DNA of 64,000 nucleotides from Tubiluchus corallicola (taxonomy: Eukaryota > Animalia > Priapulida), in assembly GCA_030141605.1 (NCBI GenBank), contig JAQGDQ010000156.1, positions 310,001 to 374,000 of the forward strand. The letters run 5' to 3'. Positions 25,715 through 38,803 of the stretch are shown here, piece after piece (the first letter of the stretch is position 1; each line of letters begins with the position of its first letter). The notes beneath the pieces are model-generated. The model saw nothing but the letters and a program-made list of their open reading frames with translations. It had not been told where the DNA came from and ran no database searches. A program made the translations under genes and the position numbers.

Positions 25715-28700
25715 TCAAGTCTAAGAGAAGCCTGTCATAATAACAGTGCTGTTTTGGTGTCTTGTTTGCGGGGCGATTTTAAAAAGAGTGAGTATCTTTA
25801 TTTATCACTATTTTACAGAGAAAATATAGTGCATAAGACAGTTACGTAGTGCAAAATTGCAAAGTTATTATGATTGGTTAATTCCTAGAATGGTTTTAAA
25901 CTCGTTGCCGAAAGGGTGGTAAAGAACTAAAAGTTGCCGGAATCAGTCACCCTGAATGGTGGTTTTACCCTGAAAATAGGTAAAAAAAGAAGAAACAAAA
26001 TTATCTTAAGCTATCAGAAGCGGTCTTCTGATCTGTGCTAATGCAATATGTGCGCTGTACCCCTCTCAAAGTGGAAAACTGTTCAACGGTCCATCTGCAT
26101 GTTACTACTAGCTTGATGTACATTTTTCGGTACATTTGACGCTATAGCGCCCACGCTTCACTCTGTTCTAATCACGTGTTACTAAATTAAATACAATTCT
26201 GAGATTTAATTCCAAACCTTTCTTAGATTTGAGAGAAAATCGCGAAGAATGGCAAATGTTTATTATGGCAACTAGATCACAATGCATGGCTTACGGTGCT
26301 TATTGCCAATTTATAGTTGCAACAGTTGCAATGTGTGTTTTATTATGCAATGCGTGTTGATGCGCATATTTCAACCCTGCTGGCGTTAATGAAGACGGCT
26401 TGGTCTCACGGCTAGGCTTACGCTAATCATTAGCTGCTAAACTTAGACATAAGTTATGCATGTAATTACAGTCCGACGTATGTATGGCTTCCCAGCTTCT
26501 TATATGGGGTTTCAGTTTTGGTGCCTGTCACCGTATAGCCACTTCCCGCAAGTGTGGCCAACCACATTTCATATTCACGGGTGCCTTAATGGATTGTTTC
26601 TAAAGGCGTGTATACATGCATGCGAATTGTGCGGCGGTGGCGTGCGCGATTCATCTAGTATCGGATGGACCAAAATCCGCCACAATTCCTTGTTATCCAA
26701 AAATTTATATAAAAAACGCGCGCGACTATTACTTGTTTTGAGCAAAATTCAATAGAAACAACTCCTGAAAGCAATGCATCAACCATACATCGTTAATCTC
26801 TCTCTCCATGCACAAAGAGATGTTTTTAGATCTAGGTGAATTATTATAACTGCGTATTAAAATTGCGCAGTTGTCCTTAAAATCTGTCTGTGTTACTGCA
26901 TTCTTGGCAGGAAAGGCTGCTGCTTCTTTTGCTGCTGCTGTTGCTGGTGCTGCTGCTACTGCTACCGGTAATGTCGGCGATTTCAGAGGACAATATCACT
27001 GTTGAAATTCATTACAGTCAAACGCACACAAAATGATTTTTGTAAAAATTTCGTTTCAAATATTATCTGTGGATGCAATCAGAAGTTTCTTAGAGGGCAA
27101 GTGAAAGCCTTTTTCACATTCTCCAAGTTTGAATCAGCACTGATCTTAGCATAAAAATTACTTAATTTTGTTTACTTTACGGAACTACCTTCTGCGCATT
27201 GTAAATCGTGTGTTTAACTTTAGCCATGAACACAGTTATCACATTGCCATTATGTGAACACGCTTTTACAGATGCCATGAATTTCACCGCCATTGCGCCA
27301 TTTGTCTTGTTTAACAAGAAATCTCGGTATTTATTGAACCTATGGAAGGAAGAAGAATCGTTGATGATAAAATCACTTGTTGGCCATTTATTTTCATGAG
27401 ACAATTTGTAAATGCCTGTGGTAAATCGATGCGCCACTAATGAAGCTTGAGTTTAGAGCTAGTCACAATTAGAGAACAGCGTGGCTTCGTTCCAGATCAG
27501 AATGCCGTCTATGGCGCATTATATGTCACAAGAATGTTTGCGTGCTTTTTATTACCTCCGTCATTGTTCATTACTAAGTCGGTGATGGTCGGTGCCGGGT
27601 AAGACATTTAGTTGTCTCAGTGTGCGTATGTTGTGGAACTGCCAATGTATGTGTATATATGTCTAACAGCACAAAATCGAAACGAATGAAACTATAATCA
27701 CGCTGCTTGTTACATTTCCCACATGGATAGGTCCAGAAATGACCCGGAAACCCATTACCTTTCCATTAAAAACGCAAGAGGGTTCATTTTTTAATTGACT
27801 TGACAAGGTTGTTAACAGGCTGACGGCCATATTGGTTAAATCTACTGTGGCAGTGTCACCTAACATGTATTTTATTAGTAATTGTTTTACATGTCTTGTC
27901 TACAGTGTCAGTATATTTCAAAATGAAATTGTATGTACGTCTTGTTTTTTTCTTGTAGTGTATATATTTTTGGCGCTAATGAATAAATATAAATAAAATA
28001 GATATAAATGTATTTATTTTATTTTTTGAGAGGGGTAGGAGACTGCATCTCCGTTGAGCGTTGCCGAGCATTGTTATCTGACGGTGACACATTTGCGCGC
28101 TACGAAGACAGTGAAATCATATACAACGTGCTAACAAAAATCTTACTTTTTATTATCAGACTATTAGCCAATACGAGAACCACATTACAGCAACACGAAT
28201 TTAACTTTGTGCAGGAATTGAGGTACATCAAAAACAGAATGTCTCAATAAAAAATACATCAACAACGCGTTTCGCTCTGCTCTTGACCAAGATGTCCTTG
28301 TTTTGACCTAGCAGCTCTCTGTCCGTTATTTTACCTCAAAAGCTTCTAGCGGGTTTATCTAGATGGCGCTTCTCAACACTAAGTTAGCAGCAGTCAGATG
28401 TGGAGGCTGCATTCTTACTTTTGTGTTTGTCAACGTTGATAAATGTTTCCCCTTACTTAATATATACCTAACAGATGTGAAGTTTAAACCAACAGAAGCG
28501 AACAAATCTCAAAAAAATGAAAAAGCAAGAGTTTACGTAACTTTCAATTTATCTGAAGTACGATACCAGTTAAATGTTATCTAGTTCTACTTGATAATTG
28601 GCGTGTGGGTGAAATGACTGAAAGATTCGAAATACAGATACGCAAGTCTACTGGAGTTAATGAAACTGAAGTCTTGAAATAAATGGATGTCGCACTTCCT

Positions 28701-29115
28701 GTCTCATTTCCTCTCTCATTATACGTTTTCTCACTAATAGATATAATGATCTGTCTAACGAGTAGCATTATTATCCGGCGGTGACATTTTCTGGGTGAAT
28801 TACAGCTTTTCCTCATCAGAATTGTGATTAGGGTGCGTGGTTGCATGGTTGCATGGCTTCATGGCTGACTTCAGGCGTTTATTACAAAACCAGCAGTCTC
28901 CCGTGGGCTGAAAATAATACGCGCAGGTTGTGTAGTCGGATATAAAACGTCAGGTGTAAACGACGAGTCTCAAACGTGGGACGCGATGTAGTTTTTTTAG
29001 TAACGTACACAGTTTCTTGTCTAATAGTGAACCTATCTAATATGCTATTAACTATAGAATTTATGCATATATTTTTATATAATACATTATATACACTACC
29101 ATACTATGGTATATA

Positions 29116-29887
29116 TGCCTGTCCTCAGATCTTGCTGCCAAGAGTGAAAAACTACTACATTCACAGAGAAGCCCAGTGACCCAGTTCCATACAAACATAT
29201 AGCAGTAGCAAGTACATACATATATTGGAAACTTCCAAGTGTACAAACAGATGTCAGCACCTACTTAGTGGTAATGAAAAACTAAAGTTTTCAACCTCTC
29301 TTGTAGACGTTGAGCCTCCATCCTTCATTAGAGCACACTAATTTTTGTGCCAATTCATGTTCTTCTTCTTCTTCTTCTGTTGCTCTAAACCTCTCTTGTA
29401 GACGTTGAGCCTCCATCCTTCATTAGAGCACACAAATTTTTGTGCCAATTCATGTTCTTCTGCTTCTGTTGCTCTAAACCTCTCTTGTAGACGTTAAGCC
29501 TCCATTCTTCATTGGAGCACACTAATTTATATATATATTTATGGTATATACTATTATATTATATGCAATTAATACGCAATATAATTAACACTATACCAAT
29601 GACATTACAGTAATTTGCTTGTTCTCTCAGTATGGTAATTATAAATGTTGATTAAATAATATTGTCAGAAAATCTACTGTCGCAGAAGCGAGCATTTAAT
29701 TTACTATTAATTTTGATTGGTAGTTTTAAACTTTAGTTTAAAGTGCTGACATCTGTTTGTACACTTGGAAGTTTCCAATGTATGAATGTATTTGCTACTG
29801 CTATATGTTTGTATGGAACTGGGTCACTGAGCTTCTCTGTGAATGTAGTAGTTTTTCACTCTTGGTAGCAAGATCTGAGGACAAGCA
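29116..29887. mobile_element. Non-autonomous DNA element with 145-bp terminal inverted repeats
   Basis: Arm 29116-29260 (tgcctgtcctcagatcttgc...aaacagatgtcagcac) is a near-perfect inverted copy of 29743-29887. Confidence 0.85.
29293..29528. repeat. Tandem repeat, about 89-95 bp unit, about 2.6 copies, inside the fold-back element
   Basis: aacctctcttgtagacgtt(g/a)agcctccat starts at 29293, 29388 and 29477. Unit length varies with an internal (TTC)n. Confidence 0.9.
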
Positions 29888-32800
29888 ATAGGCTGAAACA
29901 GTGGTTTGGTTATAATAACGTTTTGACTCAGGCGCCATGTTATATTGGCTGATGGATTTTAACTTTTGTTTACTACTGTTGATTATGTTTACCATTTTCG
30001 TGTATATGTGGATTGACTATGAGACTATGATTTTGAGTAAAATACAGATCGCAAAGTTAAACCATGTTTTCATCCAGTGATTTCATCTGTTTAACACGAA
30101 CATCGCAACAACAAAAACAGTCTGATAAACCTGCCAATGTCGGTTGTTGGCTCTCCTCAAAACACCCCAGCGACAACTTTAGCTGTCCTACGACAGCCAC
30201 TTTTGTCCATTGGCATAATCTGTAAGCATCTATTCATTTAGCAAAAGATTGATGACATTTAATGCATGTTTACAGTTCCAATTTGGGTAATGTGGTACAA
30301 TAGTTGCACTGCAGTTCTTTCGAAAGTCATTAAGGGAGACTATATAATTGTCTTCAAAAGTACAAAATTGTTAATTATAACTCAGTATGAATTTCTGAAG
30401 CCTGCCACTTTGTTGTCAACGCGCAAAGTCGTTGGGCCTAACTAGCGCGTCTAGCCATCATTACTGTCGAGAATATCGATAGCTTAGGATACTTTCTGCC
30501 TTTAGCAAACATGGCATGTGCCGTAGCGCATTGCTAGGACACCAATCATATCAAAAGCTTTTTGAAGTATTGACGCACAGCGTTTCCCAAATGATCTATT
30601 CTAAGACCGATTCTGTGTTGAAGAGCACGATTGGGCTCAAACATCCGCTGGAAAAAGTAGTGCTTACTTGCTATAGTCAAGCCCAACCCCAAGTACTCCA
30701 CCCATCGCTAACAGTAATTCCTTAATAATTGCAATAATATTTCCGTTAATAATCATTTCTCTGTTTGCACTACATGTATTAATATATCGTTTCATAAATC
30801 ATTTACTTTTCATTTTAGTAAGTAGCACTGTTACTAAAACCTAGCGAAGTGCATAAAAATGGAAAAATTGGGTAGTATATCGCTTTTGGAAGTGAAACTA
30901 ACGTACTTTGTTGTTTCATATTTTACTAAAATTATGCTTTCCATGTTGGCAATAAGAGTGTGGGCTGGTGCACTGAAGCCTATAGAAAAGCAGACAACCC
31001 GTGATCGCACGGTAGCTGATGGAGCAAAAGTATCGGCGCACATTTTAAAATGACTCAATGAATCAAATGAAATTTCAGTCTTTCTCTTTGGAAGCAGAGA
31101 ATGATATTTCACTTTGCATCCATTTCATGTGCAAATCTTGCACAAATTCTTCAATGGTTTTTTTTATTTTAAAACAATGCTTAAGCCTAATGTGACGTCA
31201 CTGTTGAATTAATGTAGATAATGGCATCATAATGCTAGTGTCTTGCCATATTTGCGTATAAAGTTAATATATAAAGTTAGCAATATATAAAAACAAAATG
31301 TTAAATAAAAGAAAAAATAGATAAAAAACTCAGCCGAGAAATTAAAACACAATCTCATTACAGTGACTATTAGTTCGTGTGTCTGCTATTTTGCTAAAAA
31401 TGATTTAACTACCATTTTCTTTCGTTCAAGAATCGTTCACTTATCAGTCAAAAGCCTTTCATGCGGAAGCTTTATTCTTAAAACTATTTTTTGGATGTCA
31501 GATTACTACCAGTATGTCAACAGTGTGTGAGTTAACCGAGTTTATGGAGATCAGAGTTAATCACATTGGGAGCAACAGTTATTACACTGTATTCATGCAA
31601 CATTTAAGACAACCATATTTTCCTTTAAAAACTTAAACATATTTGTCCGTCCAACAAGTGAAATTTCCTTCTTTCTTGCCTGACGATGGCCGAGGGAGTT
31701 TCTTAATTTTCAGTTGTAACAATGTGTCCCTTACTACAACAGAGATTACCTGTTGTATGTCATAACCGTTTATCTTTGTATTATATTAATTCACGCTTTT
31801 TCTACGTGGCTGTAATTTCTCTGAATGTTTTGAACGGATAAATTAGTATTTTTACGTTTGGGTAGACAGTCATCAATAAAGAGCCCAGGAAGATGATACA
31901 GTGTAATATATACTTATCACGCTTTTACCCCCAGATTCCGTTTAGCTAATTTGTATAATCTATTTTGTATCTAGTTATATGTTTATTCGATTATTGTATC
32001 TATCACTCATTTATTTAACGAACGCGACGCGGACTTCTCTAACACTGGTAAGTGCTGACATCTGTCGGAGACAAAACAAGATGGTGAATCATACGTTGAA
32101 ATATTAGTCTGGTACACAGTGAGTCTCAGTCTGGTTATAACTGATTCCTCTGTCGCTGATTACAGTGAAAGTGGCTTCAATTTTCTCTGTAGTTGATAGG
32201 TTGTGACATCTATCGGAAACGGACGCAATCGCTTAGCGTTTTCCCTAATTTTGTAATTACCTGGTTTCAGACTGGAGATTGATTATTCATAATGTGGCAT
32301 TAAACAGAATTTAGCGTGTTAGTAAAAGATAACTTTCGGGGAGATTTTCGTGAAGTAAATGCTGAAAATCGCAATTTCAACTAATTTCACAGAATAATTC
32401 GCTAGTGGGTTAATTCAACGTGCTCTTGATTCTGCACCTTAGTTCTACGCAGCAGTTGCTGCTTGTGCTATTTGAAGATTTCCTGTATAGATGGCGACAC
32501 GTGGTTGAAAATGCTTGGCAGAATGGTACGCGGGATATGTACATCAATAACGCGATAAATAATATAATTATATATGTAACATACATGCGTGAATTACTTA
32601 TATTTAACACGACCCTAGCATACATTGTTAGTTATAATCAGATCAGGGACTCGACAAAGATTACTAGGATAATCAGAGTGAATTGCTGTCTGTCTCTTTA
32701 GAGTTTAGAGTATCTATTGTTGAAATATTCCGATCACGATGTTCCCAAATCACGTGAGTGTGCGTGTGGAGGGGGCGGGGCGTTATTGCACGTTTACTAA

Positions 32801-33231
32801 GCAGACGAAATGCGTAATTCTACCGAAGACAAAAAATGGTTGCGAATAAGGAAAGTGAGTGGGGTAGTTTAACTGCACGTATCCGCTTTCTAATCTGCCT
32901 CGGCAAATAAGCTCTTTCCATTTATTATGGATCAACTCTTACGACTGTTGAGTAATGGAATTGGAGTTTATGACTTAATGATTCAATTTGACTGGCAGTC
33001 TCGGCTGTCTGTCTCTTGATGTCAGCATTTCATAAACTGCATATTCTGCGCAAGTCGGAATCCAGCACTTGCTCTGCTGGGTCAAGTGATTGGGTAGGAC
33101 CAGACGCAGCTAATTATAGGGAACAATCCTCTGAGATGGAACTTGGACTGGCTTAGCCACATTCACCTAAGGTCACTATTTCACTATCAGGGTTCCTGCT
33201 TATGTATGTCACGTGAGAGTGAAAAATAAAT

Positions 33232-33735
33232 GTATTACATTGCATAGCGTTACATTAAATTCCGTACCATCCACACCACACTACACCATACCACACCACA
33301 CCAAATCACTCCGCACTACACTACTCTACGCCGCATCACACTGCACTGAATTACACCACACCAGACTACACCGCACGGCACTGTACTGTACTATAGTATA
33401 CTATACTGTACTGTACTGTACTGTACTGTACTGTACTGTACTGTACCGTACCGTACCGTACCGTACCGTACCGTACCGTATCGTACCGTACCATACCATA
33501 CCATACCATACTATACTATACTATAGTATACGGATACTATACTACACTATATTACAGTACTCTACACCACATCACTACATACCACACTATAACACAACAC
33601 CATACTACACATTACATTACAACTGCGTACGCTACACTGCACTACACTAGACAACACCGCACCACACCGTTCTCACCTGCACTACACTACACCACACTAC
33701 ATTGCACTACACTACACTATGCTGCACTGCGCTAC
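33232..33735. repeat. Compound pentanucleotide satellite (CACAC/TACAC/TACTG/TACCG/TACCA/TACTA)
   Basis: 5-bp periodicity runs for about 500 bp with homogeneous central blocks. Confidence 0.92.
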
Positions 33736-34362
33736 TCAGTCAGGCGTCCATACGAACTTCCTCAGTAATAGAACGGATGCCCGGTTTAGTACATTATACG
33801 TGCCATCATGAACGATATAATTGTGGACTCGGTTAAGAAAATAAAGCGATAAAATACTGATATCAAATGTCTTCTTGGCATTATCCCTTCAACAATTACA
33901 AAATGCCATTCAAAAGACACCTTTAACAGACAGTCCTCAGTATGTTGTATTTCTACGTGGTACGGGACAAGCCAGTTCACATAAATTGAGCCAATTAAGA
34001 TCCTGCGTGAAGCTCGCCAGCTATCCACAGCTGCAGTACTAAATGGCTTCTTTTGACTAGAACTTGTCAGGTTGGCTTCAGACAGGAGATGCTGTTTCTC
34101 TTTTCAATTGCTAGTCGAATAATTGCCATTTCGCATTTGTGTGGCTAAACTGAATTACACGGACGATGTTTTACATGCGTGACTCACAATTTTATGATAT
34201 TGCCGTCTACGTTTATTGCAACATTTCGAGAGAGGGTGGACTCCAGTGACTTTAGCTCCTTTCCGAGGGCGCGAGTGAGCTTTAGGAGATAGAAATGACA
34301 GAACTGGATTTTTTCAACTGTTCTTACAGTGACCTCAAATAATTCATCCATATATACAACTG

Positions 34363-34814
34363 TCTATATATATAAAGATGAAAGTCTGCGTTTCTATCCA
34401 ATGCTGCTGCGTACCCCCAAGTGTAGTATTCTATAAGAATCAGCACGCCTTGGGAAGGTTTTAGGCTATGTCAATTTTAGGTCACCCTCCCCCAATATGG
34501 CTGTCAAACTGGCGTCACAAATAGCACTCTTTAGGACATTCTGCTAGATACAGTCGTCAGAGGTGTACGTTATCAACAAACAGCATTGCCACTGGAACGT
34601 TTTAAGCTAATGTCACATTAGGTCATCCCCCCAATATGGCGGCCAAAATGGCGTCCAAAATACCATTAAAACATTCGACTATATAGTCGTCCGTGTCGTA
34701 CCATAAGAACCAGTATAGTCGCGGCAAGTTAGTTAAATCACCGCCCCCGCCCTTGCCCCAATATGGCGGCCAAAATAGCAGTTTTAGGACGTTCCACAAT
34801 ATTTAGTTGTCTAG
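34363..34814 (+). mobile_element. Possible non-autonomous Helitron-like fragment with three internal repeats (about 135-140 bp period)
   Basis: Starts TCTATATATATAAAG, typical of Helitron 5' ends. ccccaatatggc(g/t)g(c/t)caaa recurs three times. CTAG at 34811-34814 is followed by T, but there is no clear 3' hairpin and the 5' flank is G rather than A. Confidence 0.4.
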
Positions 34815-35038
34815 TATGTCCTTTTAGAACAGACTTCAAAAGGGCTGCTTGTGACAGATTAATACGACTATGATGCTCTACTGCAGTTGTGCTGAATTTG
34901 ATAGATAGCATAGTAAAAGACCTCTATTACTGAGAATCCAATATTACGTAATATATTGCTACATTATGGGCTTCATATAAACCATGGTTTGCACACGTTC
35001 ACGAAAATCAGTCAGAGGCCATAGAAAACTGAAGTTAA

Positions 35039-35592
35039 AGAAAAACCAGACGATTGTGTAGACATTAGTTCAGAACAAAGTATGCTCTAAAATATTGAAA
35101 ACAACACCAGCTTTTTTTAAATCAATGCTTAGATTAAATAATAATTATCTCGGGTAGTTAAATTTTGTTAAATTTTCAAAGCTACGGGCGGCTGAACGAA
35201 TCCACTAAGACTGGGAATGGCGCCTTTTTCAATGGCACATTCGCGTGGCCGACAAATTGGCGCGGGTACACTCGATAAGAATGATCATGAACTGCATGGT
35301 TCGTCTGTGACGTCAGCGTGACGTAGAGCTCATTTTCGTGACATCACATCAGCGTCTTATACCAACCTTTGCTTATGCAAACGTGGTTTACGCGCAGGGA
35401 AGATGCCTACCATTGCACAAACTGTGGTGAGTTTCTGACGTAAGCAATAGCTGTGTTCGATTGCCGTTCATTAACTTTCCAAGATAATTACTCAAATATT
35501 AGAAACAATTGCTAACTCACAGGCAAGAAAATGTATGTTTTGGGCGGTAAATTAAAACGAAATTGAATGTAATCAATCATTCGGTTTTCCTT
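35039..35592. mobile_element. Kolobok-like MITE, copy 2
   Basis: ttaa|agaaaaaccagacgattgtgtagac ... tcggttttcct(t)ttaa. Colinear with 10489-11038 in the same orientation, sharing for example tttctgacgtaagcaatagctgtgttcg. Confidence 0.75.
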
Positions 35593-37165
35593 TTAAAAAT
35601 TATTGTCTGAAATAACAAAGGAAGGAAAGGAGGAAGGAGAAGCAAATGACAATGAAAAGCAAACACTGAGTGAATGATTAGTGACAGGAATGAACTCCTC
35701 TTCCATTCTCCCGCCTGTCACTCGATCTTTGGTCGATTTTACATCTGAGATTCTCTCGAGCTGTTCAATCTTTTTCCCTGGCGCTTCTCAAGTGCCTCAG
35801 TGAAGTGTGAGTGGGTGCTTAATCATCCATCTTTCTCTGATTACCCTGCTCGTGTTCTTATCTAACACAATTCCATCGAGTAATCTACCCAGATTAACAC
35901 ACAGATGAAAATTACACGGCTCAAAATGTGTGATTGGACTGTATTATGTAGGTTACAGCTAACATAAAATATCACTTAGTGTTTCATCAATGCAATGCAC
36001 CAAGATGGACGAATATTACAAACTTTGCTTATATAGTTCTGCGTCCTGTAAAGGAAATAAATCAAGTTTACCCTCATTGGCAAGAAATACAAGATAAAAC
36101 GTTGAAACAGTCTAGGCCATGTGTTTTACTTACTAATTTTACAATGTTTACAATGTTTTAATTTTAGCAATGTTTTACTCTTAATTGTTAAGCTTTTTAT
36201 AGTCTATGTTGTGTAATCTCACTTATTGGTTTTCACTGTTATGATATTATGTGAATTAATGTTAAATTTCTAATCTTGTTCTATTTAAGTGCTTTAAAGG
36301 TTCTTTAAAAAGGAGTAAGTAGTACAATATGTAAATATAGATAATATTATTTATTAATTTTTCATGATACACTAACTGTATCTATACTAAAATTATATGA
36401 ACTCTTATTTTTATGTGTGTTTTTGCTCTATAGCTATAATGTAATAGCTCTGTTTTGTACTTTTGTATTTTGTTGTTGTTTTGTTGTATGCATGTAATTG
36501 TAGTATAGCATATATGCCTATAATAAATTCTATTCTATTTAATTAAATTGCGTGTTAATTATGTATTGTGTGCATTATGGGGAGAATCTGTGTATCAGTT
36601 ATGTGAAACCGTCTAATTCAAGTTAATAAACTATGTTTAAAATGAAATGACCCTATAAACCCAATAAATGGGATAAATATGTCTCCTAATTGCATTAATA
36701 TGAGGGGCATAAGCAACTACCAGATGATTTGTTTGTTTGTTTGTTTGTTTCGTGTTGTGACGTGATGATATCACCATCTTGTATTAAGAAAGCTCATCAT
36801 TATGTAGATTACAGACAACCCATTCAGCAGGTGCATTTGCAGGATTTAAATGTGTGCAAGATTACAAATGGATTTTCTTCGAAGCACTAAATCAAGCCTT
36901 GATCATATAGTTGCCATTTGACTGAAATTAGTGGAGAAGTCGTTTTGGAGTCTTGCGAGATTAGAATGGAGATGAGAATGTTCTTCGCGTATCAGTTACG
37001 CTAACACGTTTATGTGCTTTTCTGTTCGTTTATTTTAACGTCCTAATAACGTTTGGCCACCAGAATCTGGCTATCATTCGGATTTGTGACATTGTATAAC
37101 ATTCATTGTGTCGTATGGTAATGCGATGGCAACATTATTCATAACAAACAATGTATCTGTTTACT

Positions 37166-37187
37166 GATATATATATATGATATACTG

Positions 37188-37244
<57 letters not shown>
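37166..37244. repeat. (TA)n microsatellite
   Basis: Direct reading. Confidence 0.95.
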
Positions 37245-37248
<4 letters not shown>

Positions 37249-38560
37249 TTTGTGCATCTATGTATGTATGTATAATAGGCATCGTTTATGTACAAGCATC
37301 CAACAACGCAAGTAAGGCTTTTTACAGCCACAACCGAATTGAATGTGTGACTCACTTTAAATGCCTGTGTGACGTCATACAAACGTCATATTTCTTGGAG
37401 AAGGGGTTCTCGCTACATTAATCAACAGTGAAAAAAATTAAGGGAATGTTGACACCAAAACGCACATGATGTCGTTTCAGAAACTGAAGCACTGCACTAA
37501 TTTTATTTCAAGAGGGACTGGCTGGATGTATAAGCGTTGCCTAGCACTGCCGGGTGCTGACCGGACGTGATTTTGTTTGGCCAAGTTAATGCTTCCATCA
37601 TCTCTTAAGAGCTGTGTGTATGTGTGGAGGTTGGTGCCTGGATCGAAGTATGTGTAGCGCACTTTTCTTCCAGACAGGCGGTCAAGAAAAATAGGTCGCT
37701 GTTGTAGCTCTGTGCATGGCAGTTACATGACTGACCTATCTTTTATGTTTTACAAAGAGGAACTATGTACTCGCGTGTAATGTATTAAGGCATATGTGTA
37801 TTTCCCGCGGTTTACTGTGATAGGAATTGATGTTTGTCAGTGTGAGTACAAGGAGCAATACAATGAAACGCTGCGTTTTTATAAATGTCATTTGTACACA
37901 ATCTGATACTAGCTGGCAGCATGAATCGCACGTTTCTCAATGAGGAACAAGTGGAGTTAATTACTGCGTCTTGATCATTCAAAGGTGAAGCCCTAAACAG
38001 GGAAGCCATGCGTAACAGGCGTGCTCACGTGTCTCCCGGCAGAGGACGTCTTCAGCGGGTTTCCTGCCTACCACTTACTAACTGCCTTCATTCCACGCAA
38101 GTGATGAGCAAATATTGGCTTCATTGTGGGATCGGGTTCAGTCGTGTTTGTTTTGAATGAAATCTGCCTCTTCTGTTTTTTTGAAATTCGCAATGATCGC
38201 AGTCTGTTACTCATGGTACGACTAGGCACCGATACGACTGCAGTGAAAAGTTAGGAAGAGAAGTGGAGTTGCGTCTGTACGCATTTGCTTCGAAGGTGCT
38301 GCCGTCAGGAAATTATTCGTGGTCTGAAGGCTCTTTAGAAAATTGTTCGCATGTGGAACGGAGCGAACCTTGAATTCATGCATAGTAGCTCCAGTGATTT
38401 ATGCGAAACTACATGTATGTGGATTCTTAAACCTTGCATGAAATCGTAAACCAATCGTTTGAAAGTATCAGAACGACTTCGGTTTTGTGGTTTGGAAGCA
38501 TCTAAATTTCTACGTTTTGCTCAACGTGTCATTGCAGTTCAGCTGTTTGTGAGTTATCCC

Positions 38561-38672
38561 GGAGCCCTGTGAACGCGACAAGTGTGAATTTGACTCTGGA
38601 ACCCAGTGAACGCAGCAAGTGTGGACTCGACTCTGGAGCCTTGTGAACGCAACAAGTGTGAACCAGACTCTC
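38561..38672. repeat. 37-bp tandem repeat, three copies
   Basis: gtgaacgc..caagtgtg.a...gactct starts at 38569, 38606 and 38643. Confidence 0.85.
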
Positions 38673-38683
38673 CAACAAGAAAA

Positions 38684-38803
38684 ATGGGTACTATATACGA
38701 GGAGGATGTGCCAGTGATTGTCCGCAGGCGTGGATGTACCATGAGGATCCGAATAGGAATGTTTTCATGGGATAACACACCAGAGACGTCTCCAGCCACA
38801 AAA
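38684..38803 (+). CDS. Candidate alternative first coding exon of the MAST-like gene
   Basis: aaaATGG start context. Encodes MGTIYEEDVPVIVRRRGCTMRIRIGMFSWDNTPETSPATK in a GC-richer island. Acceptor cattgcAG ends at 38537. The phase-0 donor AAA|gtatac is weak. Confidence 0.35.

Noticed and set aside
33213-33650. 145-aa His/Tyr/Thr-rich ORF
   Set aside because: Translation of a pentanucleotide satellite.
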